Below are positions 30,794-43,252 of a stretch of DNA of 64,000 nt, in pieces. The DNA comes from Octopus vulgaris (lineage: Eukaryota). Numbering within the stretch: the stretch's first letter is position 1; each line of letters starts with the position of its first letter. Position numbers and translations under genes: made by a program. Under the pieces are notes generated by a model. That model was not told the origin of the DNA. It saw only the letters and a list, made by a program, of their open reading frames with translations, and did no database searches. The DNA lies in NCBI GenBank assembly GCA_951406725.2, contig OX597824.1, forward strand, positions 92,938,001 through 93,002,000, read 5' to 3'.

Positions 30794-30875
30794 TAAAACG
30801 AACGGGATTACCCCAAAACATTTAGCAGTTTGCTCTCAGCCATTCAAAATACTTTATTCAACAGTTATATGAGTG

Positions 30876-30920
<45 letters not shown>

Positions 30921-32612
30921 CATATACGTACATGCGCGTATGTATGTGTATATATATATGTATATATGTACATGTATACACACAGACACACAACCCGAGG
31001 GTGAAAGAGTGTTTATGAGTAAGTGAACTTGGAAATAATAATTCAAAACAAAATTTCAACCTGCAAATATATATATAAGGCAATACAACCTCCTAATTAT
31101 ATTTTAGTTACTCCGAGTTGCACACCTTGATTAAATGTAATTAATCTTTTGAATTTTCCACGATTTTCCGTTTGATGCAGTAATTGGAAGCCTTCGTGTG
31201 TTGTTGATTAAAAAGTGCAGTTACACCTGATAATTAAATTGACTTTGCCTTTAAACCCGAAATGAAACATACCTTGAGAGCTATATCGATGTTTACACAG
31301 ATGGAAAACATAAATCTGATCCCTACAAAATTATAGCTTTGTTATTTTCGGAAAATACTGACATTTCGATAAGCACTTATTGAGTAACATTGCAATAATA
31401 CGATACGGAACAACTGTCACCATTCATTTTCGACATTATCGAATACATCCATGCTCGATTTTTTCCTTTTTCTCGTAAACATACAAATTATGATGCATGT
31501 ACCGCCAGCATATATCATGTTCGTGTGTATATGTTTATATAGTTGTGTGTGCATGTGAGTTTCTTAGTTAATATTATTGTCTCAATATATCTCACTTTGA
31601 ACGACTTTTCTTCATAGCCTTTATTATTTTATCTCATTCCCATGAGATACACAATGCATATTATGCATCGTCTATATTCTGCTTTAGAGGGACGGGTATT
31701 TTACGCACTGATATAAGCAATATACGAGATTATTTTATGCTCACGATATCAGTTCGGCTATTCCAGCATCCTCCATTGGGAACATGGTTGCCGTTTATCA
31801 TATGCATCTATCAGTTTCAGAACGCATTTCTCTTCGTTAGCTACAATACTATGTACCTACAGATATACATATAATCATTCATGCATACATGCAACCTTTT
31901 GAAGAATATGAGTAGTTTACTTATATGAGCAGTTTACTTGCAAATAATTGAAAGATTCGTTGATCTTTGCATAATTAAATCTGTTTCCTACATTTCGGAC
32001 ATTTAAAAATGTTTAAATGTCAATTTAACTGATGTTGGACGTTCCATAAATGAATTGCACTTATGTTAAGATAAAGTAATCATAAACACAGGCCTCAAAA
32101 CTCTTGCAAACCAAGTCACAATTAATGGGACGAAATTTTTGACTCGAAGTAATAAATACTTAAGTGAGAGTTAACAGATTTTCTGTAAGTTTGGTTAATA
32201 TGTATCTTCTAACTGTAATTGCTGGTCAACGTGTTATAATTGCAATGATGAGACCCTACCGGAACATTTGCGACCCCGTACAGGAATATTAAATATACTA
32301 CACGGATTAGCAATATATAAGAGTAGTCAATTCATTTTTACTGTAATGACCCCTACACTGATGAAAGACAAAGTCAACCTTGGCAGACATTGAAATTAGT
32401 GTATACAGGGCCGCAATGGGATACTTTGTAACCATTTGGTTTCGGTTTCATCCCCAGAACGAAGGCGTAAAATGGGATCCCATATTATCTCCGAGTTCTT
32501 ATATAGAAATTCATTTTTGTGTATGTATTTTGTGTTGCGGGAAAAAGAGATTTTAATTACGAGAAAGCAATCATAATTAAGACTCCAGGGTCAGTTTAAC
32601 ACTGATATTTAG

Positions 32613-32701
32613 CACATCAATCCTTTCGGTAATTTTCCCATATGTAAAAACCATGAGAGAGTTCCTCGAGCGCAACGGTTTACGATCCGACGTCCGCGAA
32701 G
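32613..32701 (+). other. Candidate spliced exon of an unknown host transcript
   Basis: CpG-rich unique patch with TTTAG acceptor and strong AAG|GTAAGC donor. Two frames are open (…MREFLERNGLRSDVRE and HINPFGNFPICKNHERVPRAQRFTIRRPR). No homology recognised. Confidence 0.25.
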
Positions 32702-33524
32702 GTAAGCACGTTGCTTGTATAATATGCGTATGTGTGTGTGTGCGTGTGTATTGAGAACACTCCCCGTGATGTGTCGATACTAGAAGTGTCGAAAAAAATT
32801 ATGATAAATAAAAATTCTCGTATCTTCCATATTCCGTTTTTTGTCTACCATACACACACGCACACATACACACATACATATATATATCTGTATGTATGTA
32901 TGTATGTATGTATGTATGTATATACATATGCATTTATGTATCTATGTATGTATTTATGTATGTATGTATGTATGTATGTATGTATGTATGTATGTATGTA
33001 TGTATGTATGTATGTATGTATGTATGTATGTATGTATGCATGTATATATAGTCAAATGGAATTTAAAAAATGTAAAATGAACAATACAGGACCTGTACAT
33101 GGGATGTATTAGTTTCGTGCGCAGTAGAGAAAGACGGCTTTTGATGTTTCGAGCATTGCTCTTCGTCGGAAGGGAAAAGTCCATAGAGGGGAAAGAGAAA
33201 AGTCCAAGAACAGGAAATGTCCAAAGGGGTGGACAAATCAACAGCATAGCTATGTATATGCGTTTGTGCTTATTACAATGACAAAGAAATGAGCGAATCT
33301 TCACACTTCTAAGGGCTTCGATATTCATGTGTTTTATATCTTTATTAAATCAATTAATCTAAATGATTATTAGCATCCATAAAGATGCCATTCGATAACA
33401 GTAACCGAATCAACTTCAAAATACATCTTTGTCTTTTTTTATTGTTTTGTTTGTATTTTCTTCTCATCCTTTTTTACTGAATTGGTCGTTCATATAATCT
33501 TCCACCTTCTACATATCATTGCAC

Positions 33525-33632
<108 letters not shown>

Positions 33633-34019
33633 TATATTTGATATTTGCAGGACGCAATCGTGCACACAGTTCTTAGCTGGGTTACGTGCGTCGGTTTTTT
33701 ATTGGTGCTAAATATAGTCTTTGTAAAACGCTTGCTCGATTCAGTAAACGTGCTTTATCTATCTTGAGTTTGTACGCACATCCTGGGTCTTTGGACATGT
33801 ATTTTATAGCATGCCTCTTAGTTATTAACATGATGAATATTCGGTATTTGTATTCGATACTATGATATATATATATATCTTTATTTTTAAAAAAACTATA
33901 GCAAGCAAACCTCTAACATGACAAATGCCTTATCAAAAGAAACTAAACAGGCTGGAAATATATAAAGGAATAATGTATATCTTCCTGGAAGCATAGGGTT
34001 CATATCTCTTATTTCTCTT

Positions 34020-34260
34020 TCCAGTGGCCACATACTTGTAACATCCGCCGCATCTTCCGCAGTTATTCCACATACTCTGCTTCCTACAAGCTTTCGCTAT
34101 TGCTGGTGGAAAGACTTTTTATCTTGTGTAATAATCAAGTATCTTTCTGCCAGCGCTGCGCTGAGATATTTTAAAGTCTTTTTTCGCATTATACATTCCG
34201 TCAGGTATTGGCCATGTAAGGGTTTTGTTTTTCTTCTTTAGCTTTAGTTTTTCGGTTCTT
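34020..34260 (-). mobile_element. Degraded R4/Dong-type LINE fragment (pre-zinc-knuckle region)
   Basis: Minus strand KTKPLHGQYL...SRVCGITAEDAADVTSMWP is a decayed KPLHGQY plus CRxCG...E...H..S.CP knuckle. Confidence 0.55.
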
Positions 34261-34897
34261 TCGCTTTAGGTTTTTTCTTTGTTTTTTTATCTCCTATTGT
34301 TTCTCACATCTCCTTACCTGCTGTTTCAAGTCCGTTCGTGTTTCTTCAATTCCTTGTAGAGAGAAGAACGTGGGTTTTGTTTTTTTGTTCTTTTGATTCG
34401 TGTATAGTAGAAACATGTTGTACATTTATATTTATCTTTACTAGATAGAAGGTAAACATAGGTTGATGTGACATATTGCTGCTGGAAAGCTGAAACCACA
34501 ACATGCATTTGAAAAGAAAGAAAGCGAACTGAAAAAGCTAAGCTGAAAGTAAGAATACGGTATTCCATGCTAGAAAAAAAGAACTATGCCAGGAAAACCA
34601 CTCACGTGAAGAATGCCTCTAAAGTACAATAAACAGGATGGAAATGGAGAAGGAAAAACCAAACGTTTGCTTAGAAACGCCTGATTGTTGGACTACTATA
34701 CAGTATGAAAACATTCACAACGAAATCGCCATACATATGTAATAAAATATATAAAAAAACATTTAGTAACTATATGAGACGATAGGGTGGGGAGACCCGC
34801 ATTGTTTTTTGTTTACCCCAGCCTTAGAAAACGAAGAATATATCTAAAGATATAACACAGCACTACAAACAAAAGAAACTGTCAGAAAAAGAATGTA

Positions 34898-35462
34898 TTG
34901 GGGTGTCCGGAAAGTTCGTGCCGATTTATAGTAGCTTACATTTCGTCTTATTTTAGAACATGGTTGAATCCATAAAATAGGATTTGACTACACCTCCATT
35001 TAGAGCACAGTTTAAGCTATCTTTTCCTGGAAGAAGGTTTATGTTCCTATAACCTGTGTTAATTCTGTAACCCTTTAAAATGGAAGATAAGAAAGTTCAT
35101 TTTCGGCACTTGATGCTTTGGGAACCAGACAAAAATTGCTGCAGCTCGGCTGAGATGTGTTACCCCACTTTCCATATTCACCAGATATTGCTCCTTCGGA
35201 TTTCCACTTATTCAGGTCTCTGCAGAATAGTCTTATTGGTAAAAATTCAATTCCTTAGATGACGTAAAAAGATACCTTGATGAATTCTTTGCTATGAGAG
35301 CACCTCAATTCTGGGAAGAGAGTAGTTTCAAGTTAAAGGAAAGATGGAGACGCATTGTGCAACAAAATGATTCATATTTCGTTGATTAAAAATGTAATAG
35401 CAAGTATTTATTGACGTGTTTCTTTCCTTTAAAAATCGGCACAAACTTTCCGGACAACCCAT
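34898..35462 (+). mobile_element. Internally deleted mariner (DD34D) transposon
   Basis: About 30-bp TIRs TTGGGGTGTCCGGAAAGTTCGTGCCGATTT / AAATCGGCACAAACTTTCCGGACAACCCAT, with TA on both sides (34896-97, 35463-64). N-terminus MEDKKVHFRHLMLWE is fused at about 35124 to C-terminus LLQLG*DVLPHFPYSPDIAPSDFHLFRSLQN...LKERWRRIVQQNDSYFVD*. Confidence 0.95.
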
Positions 35463-35574
35463 TATTTAAACTTAGATTTGAAGCGCTATCTATAAATAAA
35501 TAAGTGACTGTACTCTACCATATGGTTAAACATCTTGGTTGGGAGACTAACTCGCCTCCGTTGGATATTGTTGT

Positions 35575-35642
35575 TATGAACCCCTATTAATTGAAATAAA
35601 TGGTCCTATATGAACCCCTATTAATTGAAACAAATGGTGCTA
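35575..35642. repeat. 34-bp tandem duplication
   Basis: TATGAACCCCTATTAATTGAAA(T/C)AAATGGT(C/G)CTA twice. Confidence 0.9.
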
Positions 35643-35984
35643 AATCGAATCAAGGTTTTCTCTACTCCTCAGTGTAATAAATGAATGAGAGTGATATATG
35701 TAGTCGCTGTTGGAGAAGCATCGCATTAGACTTCATCCAGCACAGCATATTCAGTGCTGTTACGAGGTGTTCACTTACTTGCAACATTAGGCCTATATTC
35801 AGTCGAGAATGCATTTCACCCACCCAGAAAGAATGCCAGAATAAAGACCAATTAAGCGAGATTCCATTCTTACAGATGCGCCAATTTATGGTCTTCTTCA
35901 ATTAGCACCAAAGCTATGATTCGAAAAGTAAATTTCTGCAGGCTTTTATCTAAGTGTAGAATGACTAATATCTATACACTGCAC

Positions 35985-36040
<56 letters not shown>

Positions 36041-36054
36041 TGCACATGTATATA

Positions 36055-36166
36055 CAGCGAGGTGGCGTTATTTGAAGGCTAACACAATGCGAAGCGCATT
36101 GTGATGGCGATGGTCGGACACGTGATCACCTGATCACCTGATCACCTGATCACCTGATCACCTGAT
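36055..36166 (+). mobile_element. 3' tail fragment of the SINE variant at 55893, ending in (TGATCACC)5
   Basis: GGTGGCGTTATTTGAAGGCTAACACAATGCGAAGCGCATTGTGA matches 56104-56148. Confidence 0.8.
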
Positions 36167-36191
36167 ATATATATATATATATATATATATG

Positions 36192-36380
36192 TGATAGATC
36201 GTTAGCCACTACACACATTTTTTCTCTCCTTGTTTCCTTGTTTTTTCTGTGTTCCTTTCTGAAGAAGAGCGTAGGCTTGAAACGTAAAAGACTCTTTCTA
36301 TTCCTGAGCATTATACTTATACATCTGTTTGTTTTCTACACCACCAGTCTTCATCTTTTGTTTTTACGGAAACTCTCCCT
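36192..36380 (+). mobile_element. Repeat family F: Penelope-like terminal repeat carrying a minimal hammerhead motif; ends at (TA)n
   Basis: Related copies at 36410-36596(-), 43051-43252(-), 46060-46224(+) and a variant at 33105-33265(-). Confidence 0.7.
36254..36291 (+). ncRNA. Minimal type I hammerhead ribozyme-like motif
   Basis: CCTTT-CTGAAGA-A-GAGC-GTAG-GCTT-GAAA-CGTA-AAAGA gives a CUGANGA box, stem II, GAAA, palindromic ACGU stem III, GUA triplet and a 4-bp stem I. Confidence 0.6.
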
Positions 36381-36409
36381 ATATATATATATATATATAT
36401 ATATAGTTG

Positions 36410-36596
36410 AAATTTACAGAAAAATAAATAAAAAACGAAGGCAGATGTATCAACAACAAACAGGTGTATTAATTTAACGCTCGGAATGAGAAAGTATTTT
36501 ATATTTCGGGCCTACGCTCTTCAACAGAAAGGAACACGAGAAAATAAAAAGAGAGAGGATAAAATACGATTTAGCGGCTAGCGGTCAGTTATGGCC
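36410..36596 (-). mobile_element. Family F variant, inverted relative to 36192-36380
   Basis: Reverse complement GTTCCTTTCTGTTGAAGAGCGTAGGCCCGAAATATAAAA...CATCTGCCTTCG. Confidence 0.7.
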
Positions 36597-36730
36597 ATAC
36601 ATTCTTTCCGTCTTGAAACGGATCTGCCAAATCCTCGCCTTCAATTCCAACTGACTATTATATATGGCATCGTGTTTTGTGTACAGATATTTCAAAGAAT
36701 TGAGCCAATTTGTCTACAACATTCTTTCTA

Positions 36731-36852
36731 ATTCTGTTGTGTCTGGAGAGAGTCATTCTCTATTAGTGCCTTATTATTTAATACACTCTCCGGTGTGTGT
36801 GTTAAGTAATAAGGCACTAAAAGAGAATGATTCTCCCCAGACACAACAGAAT
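36731..36852. repeat. 122-bp loopless palindrome
   Basis: 61-bp arms centred on CC|GG at 36791/36792; 54/61 positions complementary by hand alignment. Confidence 0.95.
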
Positions 36853-37250
36853 ATGCTTCAACACACGAAGTCACATAAAGAATCTTGCAAACCAAATCCA
36901 AACTCGAAATTCTTTCTAGAGTTTTCTTCATTTGCACATGTACACCAAGTATATTGGCTCATAAGTGTATTTTTTATTTGTGTCCTAATAGATATATCTC
37001 AGTTTCATTCTCAAGAACATTATTAGTCTTCCTGATAAAGTTTTTTTCTCTCTGTGCAATGTAGTTTTGCGCCATTTCTCGGAGCCGTATCACATATTAT
37101 TTTATTTGGTAAATAATCCTTCCAGTTATGCTTTCATTCAGCATACGAATTGAGGTATTTCATATAAAAAAAACGATGATTGATTGTGTTACTATAACAT
37201 TTGTATTCATATCCATTTCAACTTAGCATCTTGGTTACAGGCTTGTATGC

Positions 37251-37338
<88 letters not shown>

Positions 37339-37340
37339 CA

Positions 37341-37413
<73 letters not shown>

Positions 37414-37450
37414 CATCATCATCATTATTATTATTATCATCATCATCATT
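37251..37450. repeat. (TTA)n/(TCA)n array
   Basis: Directly visible. Confidence 0.97.
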
Positions 37451-37810
37451 GCCTTTGCACAGCTTCTAACGCTGGAGATGTATTATAGTGTCAGCTGTTC
37501 ACTACGAGTGAACTTATGTAACACCTGTCATTTTTCGAGCACCTTCCGGAGTATTCGGGCGGTTCCAAGCAATGCTGTTTTCTGCAAATGTTCCTCCCTT
37601 ATTGCAGCTCCCATTTGTTCCTCGTACTTCTCGAGATTTTTTGCTCACTGTTCCCAGGGCTCCAAAAGTTATTAGTACTACTGCTACCTTTTTTCATCAA
37701 CTGCTTAACTTCCCAAGTTAACCTGTCATATCTCACGACTTTTCTTTCTTCCTTTTCACATACCTTGTTGTCAGCTGGACATGCTATATCTATGATCCAG
37801 CATATATTAA
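37451..37810 (-). mobile_element. R4/Dong-type LINE family 2, 5'-truncated 3' end
   Basis: Minus strand ICWIIDIACPADNKVCEKEERKVVRYDRLTWEVKQL...HLQKTALLGTARILRKVLEK*; (TAA)n on both sides. Confidence 0.9.
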
Positions 37811-37844
37811 TTATTATTGTTATTATTATTATTATTATTATTAC

Positions 37845-37887
<43 letters not shown>

Positions 37888-37890
<3 letters not shown>

Positions 37891-38225
37891 CTTATTTTTA
37901 TCACGTGCTTTCACTGCACTACCGAGCGCAGCACTGTGTGCCTTGGGTGTGTGCTGTGGTTTGTTGTGGTGCTCTTATTTTCAGTGTTGAAAGTGTTTTA
38001 CATGTGTGCGGTGCCTACTAGTATCATTTTCTGTGTGTTATATATACTTGAAAGTCCTTGTGTCTTTATGGATATGTCTGAATGTTTTTTTTATGATACC
38101 TAATGAAACTACAATGGTGGGAATTGGTTCTGTTTTTAAGCTCCACATTCGAGTTGCCTCTATTTCCAGATCTTTGTATTTTAGACGTTTTCCCGTTTGC
38201 TTTTGAGAAACATTGCCATCTGTTG
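37888..38225 (-). mobile_element. R4/Dong-type LINE family 1, diverged 3' end
   Basis: Reverse complement is homologous to 48205-48555 (KYKDLEIEATRMWSLKTEPIPTIV; 3' UTR GCGCTCGGTAGTGCAGTGAAAGCACG). Confidence 0.9.
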
Positions 38226-38337
38226 ATTATTATTGTTGTTGTTGTTGTTGTTGTTGCCGCCGTCATCGTCGTCGTCGTCATCATCGTCATCGTCGTCGCT
38301 CTCAGCATTAAGGAAGCAAGATGAAAGAATCATTGAC

Positions 38338-38675
38338 AGGCCGGTTGCAGAAACGTTATCACGCCGGGCGAAATGCTTAGCGGTATTTCGTCTGCCGTTA
38401 CGTTCTGAGTTCAAATTCCGCCGAGGTCGACTTTGCCTTTCATCCTTTCGGGGTCGATAAATTAAGTACCAGTTACGCACTGGGGTCGATGTAATCGACT
38501 TAATACCTATGTCTGTCCTTGTTTGTCTCCTCTATGTTTAGCCCCTTGTGGGTAATAAAGAAATAGGTATTTCGTCTACCTTTACCTTCTGAGTAAAAAT
38601 TCAGCTGGACTCGATTTACCGATCACCCTTTCGACAGTCGATAAAATAATTAGCAGTTGAACACTGGACTCGATT
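38338..38675 (+). mobile_element. SINE A dimer: near-consensus unit to 38565, then a highly diverged body starting at GGTATTTCGTC
   Basis: Junction AATAAAGAAATA|GGTATTTCGTC at 38565/38566. Confidence 0.9.
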
Positions 38676-38720
38676 AGAAAATTACTATTTTTAAATCTCA
38701 CAACGAGAGATATTCAGCCA

Positions 38721-39013
38721 CAGTACTTTGGAGCAAAGATTTTTGGCTAAAATAACATGGCAGTCCTGGTTTAGGACGAATGTTGCTGTAATTTAGCCCC
38801 GTGCTACATTGTCTCCAGCTGGCTATACGACAAGATATGTGTCCTTATATTTTCGAACAAGGGAATCTAGAACCCCCACCCAGCTCAAAGGACGCAGATC
38901 ATGTCGTATTTGCAGCTGGAGACGATGTCTAATGGGGCTAAATTACAGCAACATACGTCCTAAACCCGGACTGCCATATTATGTTGGCAAACAATCTTTA
39001 CGACAAAGTACTG
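38721..39013. mobile_element. Fold-back MITE with about 126-bp TIRs
   Basis: CAGTACTTTG...ATGGCAGTCCTGGTTTAGGACGAATGTTGCTGTAATTTAGCCCC pairs with GGGGCTAAATTACAGCAACATACGTCCTAAACCCGGACTGCCAT...CAAAGTACTG; about 40-nt spacer; no clear TSD. Confidence 0.85.
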
Positions 39014-39214
39014 TTGAACGAAACACCCATGTTTCCAGAGGTGAATTATTCAAACCCCGAAGAATCTCTCTCAACACATGTTTATGATGCTCCCCCACTA
39101 CTTCTGCTCGCGATCAGAGATGCACATATCGTCAGCCAATAAGGGACATGCACAACTGGTTAAAGTCAAACAACTGACAAGGAAATCTGTGGTATTGAGC
39201 AGAATATTTGCAGA
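39014..39214 (-). mobile_element. Family E fragment (RLE-LINE-derived), 5' end abutting (TAA)n
   Basis: Homologous to 51315-51515. Confidence 0.8.
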
Positions 39215-39215
39215 A

Positions 39216-39274
<59 letters not shown>

Positions 39275-39275
<1 letters not shown>

Positions 39276-39532
39276 AATTTTAAAACTTCTTTCATCAAAT
39301 TTTCTTCCATTTTTCGCCGAGTGTTTTCCGTACACCTAGGGCAGAGAAGCTCATTGTATGCATTCCCAGACTACACACGCAAATTCACAAGTAAAATATG
39401 TTTTAAAAAACTTAATGAATAAATAAATTCATGAATGGATGTTGTTTTCACAGCGATAATGCTCTTCTCAGTACATGAGTCGTTCCCGTTAACACGATTT
39501 TTTGCATTTCCTGTAGGGATGGTAAGCCTCGT
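39275..39532 (-). mobile_element. R4/Dong-type LINE family 3, 3' end plus 3' UTR
   Basis: Minus strand RGLPSLQEMQKIVLTGTTHVLRRALSL*, then about 170 nt of UTR running directly into (TAA)n at 39216-39274. Confidence 0.8.
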
Positions 39533-39563
39533 ATCATCATCACCATCATCATCATCATCATCA

Positions 39564-39655
<92 letters not shown>

Positions 39656-39921
39656 GTTATTATTATTTTTATTATTATTTATTTGCTTCCTCATACACAT
39701 AATGATGATATAGAACGTCAAACGATTGGAAAAAAAAAAGAAAATGGAAGGTTATTGCGGTGATACCTTGTGGTGGTGATCCTCACCGTTATGAACATGA
39801 TAATGACGCTTTTTTATGGCAATGATTGGTATTACGTGTATTAAAGCAATATCAATTATCACTACGGATATGATAATTACGAGATTGATGAATGTTATGG
39901 TGCAAGTGATGTTGAGCATCT

Positions 39922-39959
<38 letters not shown>

Positions 39960-40370
39960 ATGATGATGATGATCATAACGATGATGATGATGTTATTGAT
40001 GACAATGTGATGATGACAATGTGATGATGATGACGATGATGATGCAGGTAGTGGTGGTGATGATGATGATGATGATAATGATGATGATGATGGTGATGGT
40101 GATGATAATGATGATGGTGATGATGTAATTGATGATGATGATGATGCAGGTGGTGGTGGTGGTGGTGATGATGATGATGATGATGATGATATTGATGACG
40201 ATGTGATGATGACGGGGAGAATGATGATGTTGATGACGATGATGATGCAGGTGGTGGTGGTGGCGGCTGGTGGTGGTGATGACGTCGACGACGACGACGA
40301 CGATCATGATGACGATGATGACAACGACGATGGTGATGACGATGATGATGATGATGGCGATGATGATGTT
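39533..40370. repeat. Long degenerate trinucleotide region: (CAT)/(TTA), then (GAT)/(GGT)/(GAC)
   Basis: Directly visible, with a less repetitive spacer at about 39680-39920. Confidence 0.85.
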
Positions 40371-40859
40371 GGGGGTCCGTCACGACGAGCTGCTGACATG
40401 TTGACGCCAGCATCAGAGTAAATGTTTATCACCCTCGGCGAAAAGAAGACAAAAAACACATTTAATAAAAAATCCTATTAATTTTCTTTCATTAATGCCT
40501 ATTTTATTTATTTATTTATTTATTTATTTATATAAAATCATTCTGTATTTTTCTTTACACAGAACACAGATTACTTTATAGTGCTTTGTTTCATAATTTT
40601 TTTTAATCAAGATTTGTTTCTCGTAATGTTGTAATTAAAATACTTTTTCTTCCATCTCGCTACTAATTATTTGCTCGTGATAGCGTAAAATCGTGAAAGT
40701 CGTTTCCTATCAGTGAGATTGGTCTTTCTCTGTAAATAATATATGAACTTTAAGACGTTTCTTTCATTCTAAATCTTTGTCTTTTATGTCGATGCATGTA
40801 AGTTTCACATTTAGAATGGAAACAAACCAACACCTGAAAATCTGATAAAATTCTGTAAT

Positions 40860-41130
40860 GGCATAACAAAGCCGATACTACGTACTTGTGGTTAGGATAT
40901 CTCGTGGAAATAATCGCAGGTCGGGTGGTAGGTACAAAACCATTGGACTGGGGACCCCTGGAGCAAATGAGGAGCAAGATGGTTAGATAATATGCATCAG
41001 CTCGGTTGGATATCGTTTGAGGATACAGTCATATTACTTGGAGACGGTTGCTTTCTGGCAAGACTCGATGGTAGGTGCGCTTGAGAGCCCTAACCGCGCG
41101 ATCTTCCAAGAAATGAGCGACTGAAGAAGA
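40860..41130 (+). mobile_element. Degraded RTE-like LINE 3' end
   Basis: EIIAGRVVGTKP..GP...RWLDNM resembles the G.R.RGRP..RW.D terminus of RTE ORF2; ends in GAAGAAGA. Confidence 0.45.
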
Positions 41131-42410
41131 TGGAAGGTGAAAAACGGCAAATGTTCTCTTCATTCCATCTCAGAATATGCAGAAGAAAATATCCCTTGGG
41201 CACGATAGCTGAAATTTTGTGTGGAGAAAGAAATGTCAATTCCATCGACCTCAGTAATCAACTGGTACTTTATAGACATGAACATGGTAAAAAGCCAAAA
41301 ATTTCAAGAATTGCATGCAAAGAAAATTAGAAAGACATTTATTTTCTGGTATTTTGGAAATCTTTATGCGAAATATCTTCGCCTGATATACATTCCATTA
41401 TGACGTCATATACCTGTGTTTTAACTACGAATGGTTTTCTTTGAAAGACACGTACAGTATTCACTTGGAAGAATTTCTGAAGAATTACGCTTCGTAAATA
41501 ATTCTATCACGTAACAATGGCCAGATTTCCTTTCAGTCAGTCCATATCTGCAATGTCACAACAGATGTCATTAGAATTATCTAGGTATATTCTTTGTCTA
41601 TTAAACCCAATATAACATGGAGATACTTCACCGACGGCTCTGCTACGTATCAACCAGGAAGATGATCTAGAATCGCCAAAACAATTTGCGACATTCTATT
41701 ATCATGAACCACATCTAAATTGCAAAGATTTACTTCTGTGATAGTCAAGTAAATTCTAAGTGCTGGTTAGTTTAATGTTTCACTTACAACATCCCTTACA
41801 TAGCTATACTAACACATACAAAGAAATAAGTTTATATATATGTATATTATATACGTCTGTGTATTCCTGACTATGTGATTATGCATGCGTGTATGCGGGT
41901 ATATGTAGTTGTGTATATATGCAGGTGTGCATGCATATATGTATGTGTGAGTGTATGAGTGTGTACATATATACATACATACATACATACAAATATACAG
42001 ATATTTAGACATACATATGGTATGTGTGTGTGCTTGTGTAAGTATGTAGGCGGTTCATGTCTTCACCAGACATCTAGAAAATATACATTATTTCGATGGA
42101 TCTTGTTTCTTTATAATGGTGTTTCCATACATTTCTCATGAAATGTGCACTAAAGATCATTATATGACAAGATTTACTCTTACTTATAGTGGTATATTTC
42201 TATTAATTTTGGAAGTCCCTGCACATATGAAGTTTCACAGTACAATACCTCAATTTACCTTAATAATGCAGCCTGACCTGGCCACAAAACACTAGTTTCC
42301 AATGTTGCATCCTCTAATCGATGATGTCAGTGCATTATGCACCACCAAGTTTGACATTATATATATATATATATATAAACATAATATATATACATAATAT
42401 ATATGTATAT

Positions 42411-42655
42411 GGTGGCGAACCCTGTGGTACTCTTTCACCACAACATTCTCTCACTCTTTCTTCCTGTTACTGTTGTACCTGTATTTCAAAGGGCCAGCCT
42501 TGTCACACTCTGTGTCACGCTGAATCTCCCGAGAACTACGTTAAGGATACACGCGTCTGTGGAATGATCAGCCACTTGCAAGTGAAATTCACGAGCAGGC
42601 TGTGCCATTGGTTGGATCATCTGGAACCATCGGCGTCGGAACGGACAGAGTGTCA
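42411..42655 (+). mobile_element. 5'-truncated SINE C
   Basis: Homologous to 49600-49845. Confidence 0.85.
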
Positions 42656-42970
42656 CGATTTAGATACATATGCATAATTCTTCGTCTGTTGTATTTATAT
42701 AATGTTTTGTCTTAGAATACATTCGCCAGCTTTTTTCCGTAGCAGCTTAAAAACACCACTGGCGCCTCCAAGATTGAGTGGTGTCAATGGTAATGGCGTG
42801 AGACCACTATGATATTTTGGGTCATTGGCTCACGAGGAAAATACAGCTGCGAATATTCCATATATCGTGACTCTGTCTATATTTTCCGTCCGTTAAGTTT
42901 TCGTCTAGTTCCCCGTTTGTTTTCGTTTCGTCTAACCTTTCTTCCTTGTTCTCTTTTGTATGTTAACCTT

Positions 42971-43050
<80 letters not shown>

Positions 43051-43057
<7 letters not shown>

Positions 43058-43252
43058 TTACGAAGAAAACAGAATACGAAGACAGGTGGTGTACAAAACA
43101 AACAGATGTATTAGTGAAACCCTCAGGAATAGAAAAAGACTTTTACGTTTCGAGTCTACGCTCTTCTATAGAAAGGGACACAGAAAAAACAAGGAGAGAA
43201 CCAAAGAGAGAAAAAATGTGTGTAGTGGCTAACGATCTATCTCATGGCGACT
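43051..43252 (-). mobile_element. Family F copy ending at (GA)n(TA)n
   Basis: Reverse complement CTTTCTATAGAAGAGCGTAGACTCGAAACGTAAAAG...CGTAAACTCTCCC. Confidence 0.8.

Noticed and set aside
39973-40421. His-rich (minus) and Asp-rich (plus) ORFs
   Set aside because: Degenerate (GAT)n repeat with no splice signals, signal peptide or Gly-His motif of cephalopod beak proteins.
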